The notes under the pieces: generated by a model
What the model was told of the DNA's origin: nothing
The model's input: only the letters and a program-made list of their open reading frames with translations
Databases searched by the model: none
Made by a program: the position numbers and the translations under genes
In this document: piece by piece, positions 55,958 through 64,000 of the stretch
Position numbering within the stretch: position 1 is the first letter of the stretch
How the letters are laid out: each line of letters starts with the position of its first letter
Assembly (NCBI GenBank): GCA_038322045.1
Contig: JBBQFP010000007.1
Location: forward strand, 21,924 to 85,923
Direction: 5' to 3'
Length of the DNA: 64,000 bases
Source of the DNA: Actinomycetes bacterium
GTDB taxonomy: Bacteria > Actinomycetota > Actinomycetes > JBBQFP01

Positions 55958-56841
55958 GCATCTTCCGACGCCGGCGTGACGACGACGACGCAGCCGGGGC
56001 CGACGCCGCTCTCGGCGCGCAGGAGGCCGAAGGTGCCGACGGCGCCACCGAGGCACCGAGTGACGAGGCCGCCGACGGGGCGACGACGACCACCGGTGGG
56101 ATGGCGGCTGAGCGCTTCAGCCGCACCGACGGCCCGTGGGACGTCGCCGAGCGGCCCGAGGCCGAGGGTCTCGACTTCGGCTCGCTGATCCTGCCTCCGC
56201 CGCCTGCCGACACCGCGCTCGAGCTGAGCCTCGAGTTCGACCCCGAAGGCACGTCGCTCGTCGGTCTCTCGCTGGGGACCGGCGAGAGCAGCCTCCAGCT
56301 GCTGGCCTTCGCCGCACCGCGCAGCGGCGGGCTGTGGGCCGAGGTCCGCGCCGAGCTCGCCGAGAGCCTGCGTGCCCAGGGAGGCGTCGTCACCGAGGAC
56401 ACCGGTCCCTTGGGCGCCGAGATCACCGCGACGCTGCCGGTCGCGCTGCCTGACGGCACGCCTGCGCTGTCCTTGCTGCGCTTCCTCGGCGTCGACGGGC
56501 CTCGGTGGTTCCTCCGCGGCGTCGTCTCGGGGGCGGCGACCCAGCAGCCCGAGGCCGCCGCGGTCCTCGAGGAGATCTTCCGGGGCGTCGTCGTCCGTCG
56601 CGGTGACGGGGCGATGCCGCCGCGCGAGGCGCTGCCCCTCACCCTTCCGGAGCAGCTCGCGGCCACGGTCGAGTCCTCGCAGGCCGAGGCCCAGACTGAC
56701 GCGCCAGCCGGTGCGGGTGAGCCAGCCGGCGAGCCTGCCGACACCGACACCTACACCGACACCGCGGACGAGGGCACGCCGCGCCGCTTCGAGGACCTCA
56801 ACCCCTTCGAGCGAGGCCCGGAGATCACCGAGATCCGCTGA
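55954..56841 (+). CDS. DUF3710 domain-containing protein
   Basis: ORF 55954..56841. GTGA overlap with the dut stop. GPWDVAE..LDFGSL, LQLLAFAAPRSGGLW, RFLGVDGPRWFLRGV. Confidence 0.75.
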   Translation: MSIFRRRRDDDDAAGADAALGAQEAEGADGATEAPSDEAADGATTTTGGMAAERFSRTDGPWDVAERPEAEGLDFGSLILPPPPADTALELSLEFDPEGTSLVGLSLGTGESSLQLLAFAAPRSGGLWAEVRAELAESLRAQGGVVTEDTGPLGAEITATLPVALPDGTPALSLLRFLGVDGPRWFLRGVVSGAATQQPEAAAVLEEIFRGVVVRRGDGAMPPREALPLTLPEQLAATVESSQAEAQTDAPAGAGEPAGEPADTDTYTDTADEGTPRRFEDLNPFERGPEITEIR

Positions 56842-56884
56842 GCGCGGGGACGGCCCGGCGGTCGGCGCCCCGTAGCCTGAGGCC

Positions 56885-57532
56885 GTGAGCCCCCCCGCCC
56901 CTGACGCTGCGAGCGCCCGCGCCTCCCTCACCGTGGCGCAGGCGCTCGGTGGCCGTCGCGGCGTGCTCGAGACGAGCATCCCCAGCCTGATCTTCCTCGT
57001 CGTCTTCACGGCGACGCGCGAGCTGCAGCCGTCGATGTGGGCGGCGCTGGCCAGCGGGGGCGTCCTCGCCGTCGTCCGTCTGGCGCGCCGGGAGACCGTG
57101 CAGCACACGGCGTCCGGCCTGCTCGGGGTCGTCGTCTGCGCGTTCTTCGCTGCACGCACGGGCCGCGCCGAGAACTTCTACCTGCCCGGGCTGCTCATCA
57201 ACATCGCCTACGCAGCGGCCTACCTCGTCTCCATCGTCATCCGGCGTCCCTTGCTCGGGGTGCTCGTCGGGCTGGCGACGGGCGAGGGGATGCGCTTCCG
57301 CGACGACCCGGCTCGGCTGCGGGCCTTCACGCTGGCCAGCTGGGTGTGGGTGGGCGTCTTCGTCCTGCGCCTCGTCGTGCAGGTGCCCTTCTACCTGTCC
57401 AAGGACGTCGTGGCCCTCGGCACGGCGCGCCTGGTCATGGGCTACCCGCTCTTCGCTCTCGCCGGCCTCGTGTCGTGGCGGCTCATCCGCGCAGCGCCGG
57501 CGCCCGCGCCCCAGGCGACCGCTTCGGACTGA
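56885..57532 (+). CDS. DUF3159 domain-containing membrane protein
   Basis: ORF 56885..57532. SIPSLIFLVVF, NFYLPGLLINIAYAAAYLVS, PLLGVLVG. Confidence 0.7.
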   Translation: MSPPAPDAASARASLTVAQALGGRRGVLETSIPSLIFLVVFTATRELQPSMWAALASGGVLAVVRLARRETVQHTASGLLGVVVCAFFAARTGRAENFYLPGLLINIAYAAAYLVSIVIRRPLLGVLVGLATGEGMRFRDDPARLRAFTLASWVWVGVFVLRLVVQVPFYLSKDVVALGTARLVMGYPLFALAGLVSWRLIRAAPAPAPQATASD

Positions 57533-57569
57533 CCGTCCGAGGACGGGCGCTCCGAAGCCCGCGGAGGGG

Positions 57570-58241
57570 TCAGCCGGTGTGCGCGTGCGGCGAGAGCATC
57601 TCCTGGAGGGCGCGCTCTGACTCCGGGATGGCGACGAAGAGCAGCTCGTCGCCCGCCTCGAGGGGGTCGTCCGCGCTGGGGACGATGACCCGGCTCTCTC
57701 GGATGATGGTCACGAGGGCGGCGTCCTGCGGCCAGGCGATCGTGCCGACGCGGTGCCCGACGATCGGGGAGCTCTCGGGCAGCGTGAGCTCGACGAGGTT
57801 GGCCTCGCCCTGGCGGAAGGTGAACAGCCGGACGAGGTCGCCGACGCTCACGGCCTCCTCGACGAGCGCGGAGAGCATGCGCGGGGTCGAGACGGCGACG
57901 TCGACGCCCCACGACTCGTTGAACAGCCACTCGTTCTTCGGGTGGTTGACCCGTGCGACAACCCGAGGGACCCCGTACTCGGTCTTGGCGATGAGCGAGA
58001 CGACGAGGTTGGCCTTGTCGTCGCCCGTGGCTGCGACGACGACGTTGCACCGGTCGAGCCCGGCCTCATCGAGCGAGGAGATCTCGCAGGCGTCGGCCAG
58101 GAGCCACTCCGCGTCGGGGACGCTCTCGATCTTCATCGCCCGCGGGTCCTTGTCGACGAGCAGGACCTGATGGCCGTTCCCGAGGAGCTCGCTGGCGATC
58201 GACCGGCCGACGTTGCCGGCCCCGGCGATGGCGACGCGCAT
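57570..58241 (-). CDS. trkA: TrkA-family potassium uptake protein (RCK domain)
   Basis: ORF 57570..58241. MRVAIAGAGNVGRSIA Rossmann motif. Confidence 0.85.
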   Translation of the reverse strand: MRVAIAGAGNVGRSIASELLGNGHQVLLVDKDPRAMKIESVPDAEWLLADACEISSLDEAGLDRCNVVVAATGDDKANLVVSLIAKTEYGVPRVVARVNHPKNEWLFNESWGVDVAVSTPRMLSALVEEAVSVGDLVRLFTFRQGEANLVELTLPESSPIVGHRVGTIAWPQDAALVTIIRESRVIVPSADDPLEAGDELLFVAIPESERALQEMLSPHAHTG

Positions 58242-58903
58242 CAGTGCTCCTCAGGTCCGGTGGCGAAGACCTTGGCCACCGAGTCGGCCTCGGTCCAGGT
58301 CAGCGAGGCGTGGACGATGTCGCCCTGCTGGAGCACGGTCGAGGGGTCGGGGACCATCCCCTCGCCGAGCCGGGTGATCAGCGCCACCCGCACGTGGGCT
58401 GCGTTCTCCAGCGCGGCGACCGGCGAACCGATCCAGCGCACCCCGAGCGGGATCTCGGCGAGCGCGACCATGCCGCTGGGGTCGCGCCACTCGCTGGCGA
58501 CGCCGTCGGGGACGAGACGGCGCAGCATCTGGTCCGCGGTCCACTTGACGGTGGCGACCGTAGGGATGCCCAGGCGCTGGTAGACCTCCGCGCGAGCCGG
58601 GTCATAGATGCGAGCGGCGACGTTCTCGATGCCGAAGGTCTCGCGTGCGACGCGCGCCGCGAGGATGTTGGAGTTGTCGCCGCTGCTCACCGCGGCGAAG
58701 GCGGCGGCCCGCTCGATGCCGGCCTCGCGAAGGGTGTCGCGGTCGAAACCGATCCCCCGGACGCGCTTGGCCTGCAGGTGCGGCCCGAGGCGTCGGAACG
58801 CTTCCTGGTCCTGGTCGACGACGGCGACGGTGTGCCCGCGCTTCTCGAGGCTGGCGGTCAGCGCCGAGCCCACCCGGCCACAACCCATGATGACGAAGTG
58901 CAC
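58241..58903 (-). CDS. trkA: TrkA-family potassium uptake protein (RCK domain), paired with the downstream paralogue
   Basis: ORF 58241..58903. MHFVIMGCGRVGSAL. TGATG overlap with the next gene. Same pairing as mycobacterial ceoB/ceoC. Confidence 0.85.
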   Translation of the reverse strand: MHFVIMGCGRVGSALTASLEKRGHTVAVVDQDQEAFRRLGPHLQAKRVRGIGFDRDTLREAGIERAAAFAAVSSGDNSNILAARVARETFGIENVAARIYDPARAEVYQRLGIPTVATVKWTADQMLRRLVPDGVASEWRDPSGMVALAEIPLGVRWIGSPVAALENAAHVRVALITRLGEGMVPDPSTVLQQGDIVHASLTWTEADSVAKVFATGPEEH

Positions 58904-59001
58904 GGACGTCCTTCCGAGGCCCCAGCGCCGGCTGCCCCGGCGTGGCCAGCACGACGGTACACGGGGCCGGGCGGGAGCGGCGTCTCGTTAGGGTGGCTCC
59001 A

Positions 59002-60354
59002 GTGACCTCCCCCCCGAGCGCCGACGCCTCTGCTGACAGCCTCGCCCGAGGGACCTCCGCGTCGGTCGGGGACTCCTTCGAGGTCGTCGTCGGCCCGGTG
59101 GCTCACGGTGGCCACTGCGTCGCGCGCCACGAGGGCCAGGTTGTCTTCGTCCGGCATGCTCTGCCGGGGGAGCGGGTCGTGGTGCGCGTCACCGAGCTCG
59201 GGTCCGGGGGCCGGTTCGTGCGCGCCGACGCGATCGAGGTCCGTGAGGCCTCGGGCGACCGGGTCGTGCCGCCGTGCCCCTACGCCGCCCCTGGGCGCTG
59301 CGGCGGGTGCGACTGGCAGCACGCCACGCTTCCGGCCCAGCGCGAGCTCAAGGCGTCGGTCGTGCGTGAGGCGTTGCGCGGCATCGGCCGGCTGGCCGGC
59401 TCGGACGCCGAGGCCTTGCTCGGGCCGCTCGTCGTCGAGGCCGTCCCTGGGGATGTCGAGGGCCTCGGGTGGCGCACCCGGGTCCAGTACGCCGTCCGGC
59501 CCGACGGCCATGCCGGGCTGCGTCGGCACCGCTCCCACGAGATCGAGCCGGTCGAGACCTGTCTCATCGCCGCCGAGCGGGTGCGCTCCGTCGGGGTCGA
59601 GACCCGTCGCTGGGAGTCCCTGGCCCGGGTCGAGGTCCTCACGTCGGGACTTGGGGAGCGCGCCGTCGTGCTGACGCCGTCCGGCCCGCTCCCCGAGGAG
59701 CTGCCCGACCTGCCTGACGACGTCGACGTCGTCACGGCCGACGGCGGTGGGCGCACGACCCTGCAGCACGGGCGCGGAGTCCTCGACCACGAGGTGTCCG
59801 GACGTCGCTTCGCCGTCCACGTCCCCGGGTTCTGGCAGGTGCACCTCGGGGCCGCACAGGTGCTCGCCGACGCCGTCGTGGCCGCACTCGAGCCCCGCGC
59901 GGGGGAGTCGGCGTGCGACCTCTACGGCGGGGCGGGGCTCTTCGCGGGCGTCTTGGCGCCGCTGCTCGGCCCGGGCGGCCGGGTGATCCTCGTCGAGTCC
60001 GACCGTGCGGCGGTGCTCGACGCCGTGACGAACCTCGCGGGTGAGCCGACTGTGCGCGTCGTCCGCGGCGAGGTCGGCGAGGTGCTCGCCGGACGTGACG
60101 GGGGCTCGCGGCTGCGCCGGGCCGACCTCGTCGTCCTCGACCCGCCGCGGGCCGGGGCTGGGTCGGCGGTCGTCCGCAGCGTCGTTCGGCTTCGACCCCG
60201 GCGGATCGCCTACGTCGCGTGCGACCCGGCCGCCCTGGCGCGAGACCTGCGGACCTTCGCCGACCTCGGCTACGTCCTCGAGGGCCTGCGCGCCTTCGAC
60301 CTGTTCCCCATGACCCATCACGTCGAGTGCCTCGCGACACTTCGGCCGGCGTGA
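59002..60354 (+). CDS. Class I SAM-dependent RNA (uracil-5) methyltransferase, TRAM domain + Fe-S cluster (RumA/TrmA family)
   Basis: ORF 58942..60354. GTG 59002 preferred because it leaves a 98-nt divergent intergenic region; the start is uncertain. TRAM-like FEVVVGPVAHGGHCVAR, CPYAAPGRCGGCDWQH, DLYGGAGLFAG, catalytic YVACDP. Confidence 0.82.
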   Translation: MTSPPSADASADSLARGTSASVGDSFEVVVGPVAHGGHCVARHEGQVVFVRHALPGERVVVRVTELGSGGRFVRADAIEVREASGDRVVPPCPYAAPGRCGGCDWQHATLPAQRELKASVVREALRGIGRLAGSDAEALLGPLVVEAVPGDVEGLGWRTRVQYAVRPDGHAGLRRHRSHEIEPVETCLIAAERVRSVGVETRRWESLARVEVLTSGLGERAVVLTPSGPLPEELPDLPDDVDVVTADGGGRTTLQHGRGVLDHEVSGRRFAVHVPGFWQVHLGAAQVLADAVVAALEPRAGESACDLYGGAGLFAGVLAPLLGPGGRVILVESDRAAVLDAVTNLAGEPTVRVVRGEVGEVLAGRDGGSRLRRADLVVLDPPRAGAGSAVVRSVVRLRPRRIAYVACDPAALARDLRTFADLGYVLEGLRAFDLFPMTHHVECLATLRPA

Positions 60355-60360
60355 GGCCTG

Positions 60361-60376
60361 CCCCCGGTGCCGGGGG
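60361..60376 (+). terminator. Short GC hairpin CCCCCGGTGCCGGGGG after the methyltransferase stop
   Basis: 5-6 bp stem, 7 nt after TGA 60352-60354. No U-tract. Confidence 0.3.
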
Positions 60377-60445
60377 AGTGCGGCAGGATAGGCGCCAGCG
60401 GCCGAGCGTCAGCGGCGGCGCGCGAGGATCTCGAGACGAGAGACG

Positions 60446-63277
<2,832 letters not shown>

Positions 63278-63283
63278 GCGCCG

Positions 63284-63655
63284 GTGGCGGCGCCGCCGCT
63301 GCCGCCCGGCTGGCCCAGCGAGGTGCGTCCGCCCGACGCACCGGACTGGGAACGCTCGGCGGTCGCGTTCCTGCTCGACCAGTGCCCGCCGGGCTACCGC
63401 GCCCACGAGGTGCTCCGTCGCCACCCGGTGGCGCTGGCGCGCCTCGCGGGTGAGCACGTCGAGGCCTCGGTCGTCGCCGGGCGGCACGGCCTGGCCACTG
63501 CGCGCGCGGAGCTGCACGACCTCCTCCCGGTCGAGGCGGTCGAGGCAGTCGTCGCGGCGTACGAGCGGGAGGGCGCCCGGCTGGTGCGGCTCTCCCGTGA
63601 GGTCGGGCTCGTCGCTGCGGCGTTGCGCGGGGAGCGCTACGTGCCTCGCCTGTGA
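63284..63655 (+). CDS. Hypothetical protein
   Basis: ORF 63284..63655, 6 nt after the acn stop. Coding-like composition. No family recognised. Confidence 0.5.
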   Translation: MAAPPLPPGWPSEVRPPDAPDWERSAVAFLLDQCPPGYRAHEVLRRHPVALARLAGEHVEASVVAGRHGLATARAELHDLLPVEAVEAVVAAYEREGARLVRLSREVGLVAAALRGERYVPRL

Positions 63656-63673
63656 CACCGCGCCCGCCGGTTC

Positions 63674-63720
63674 CCCGCTCGACCGCTAGCCCGCTCGACC
63701 GCCTCGTCGCCCGCTCACCC
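63674..63720. repeat. Three direct copies of CCCGCTC(G)ACC in the leader of the AGE-epimerase gene
   Basis: CCCGCTCGACCGC at 63674-63686 and 63690-63702. CCCGCTCACCC at 63710-63720. Confidence 0.6.
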
Positions 63721-63738
63721 ACCTCCGAAGGACCCGCT

Positions 63739-64000
63739 GTGACCCGATGGATCGACCGCCCCAGCCACCGCACCTGGCTCGAGGGGGAGTCCCAGCGGCT
63801 GCTCGACTTCGGTCGGGGGGTCCTGCTCGAGAGAGGGGCGGGCTGGCTCGACGAGGACGGCGTCCCTGACCCGGCTCAACCGGTGCACACGTGGATCACC
63901 GCCCGGATGGCGCACGTCTACGGGGTCGCGCACCTGCGCGGGGTCCCGGGTGCGGGTCCGCTGGCGGCCGGTGGCATCGCGGCGCTCCGCACGTCGCTGC
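63739..64000 (+). CDS. AGE-family (N-acylglucosamine 2-epimerase-like) epimerase/isomerase, N-terminal part (runs off the window end)
   Basis: GTG 63739 with GAAGGA SD 6 nt upstream. VTRWIDRPSHRTWLEGESQRLLDFGRG...GWLDEDGVPDP.QPVHTWITARMAHVY is typical of AGE-family N-termini. Confidence 0.65.
   Translation, partial: MTRWIDRPSHRTWLEGESQRLLDFGRGVLLERGAGWLDEDGVPDPAQPVHTWITARMAHVYGVAHLRGVPGAGPLAAGGIAALRTSL

Overview
Very high-GC actinobacterial chromosome (Micrococcales-like). It is densely packed, with about 67 CDS, many joined by 1-14 nt start/stop overlaps. All calls come from reading the translations and the DNA by eye; no searches were run.

I saw no rRNA, tRNA, CRISPR array, transposase, integrase or prophage genes. 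The window looks like conserved core genome rather than an accessory island.

From memory, two blocks are syntenic with M. tuberculosis:
- Rv2172c-Rv2178c: metF-like, idsA2, Rv2175c, pknL, aroG.
- Rv2689c-Rv2702: RNA methyltransferase, ceoBC/trkA, dut, DUF4193, suhB.

Other recognisable content:
- ROK glucokinase next to an ArsA-like ATPase.
- thiOSG behind a clear TPP riboswitch, and thiE.
- A carotenoid locus in two parts: crtE-crtI-crtB plus crtYc/Yd, and a CrtA-like / CruF-like / GT2 / CrtD-like tailoring set.
- A TetR / YhgE-Pip / ABC-ATPase module with a perfect 24-bp palindromic operator.
- parC, a GNAT-first Pat-type acetyltransferase, tdk, sepH, ferrochelatase and aconitase.

No clearly novel system is evident. 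The best candidates for follow-up are:
1. The minus-strand array (38646->30627) that joins a catalytically degenerate ABC ATPase, YhgE/Pip and TetR to the carotenoid-tailoring genes.
2. The predicted myxol/plectaniaxanthin-type glycoside pathway.
3. thiE translationally coupled to the lycopene cyclase subunits.
4. A Get3/ArsA-like ATPase neighbourhood that includes a tail-anchored zinc-ribbon protein.
5. Several structured or repeat-bearing non-coding regions.

The very long Arg/Pro/Gly-rich ORFs antisense to recognisable genes are treated as GC-driven shadow ORFs.
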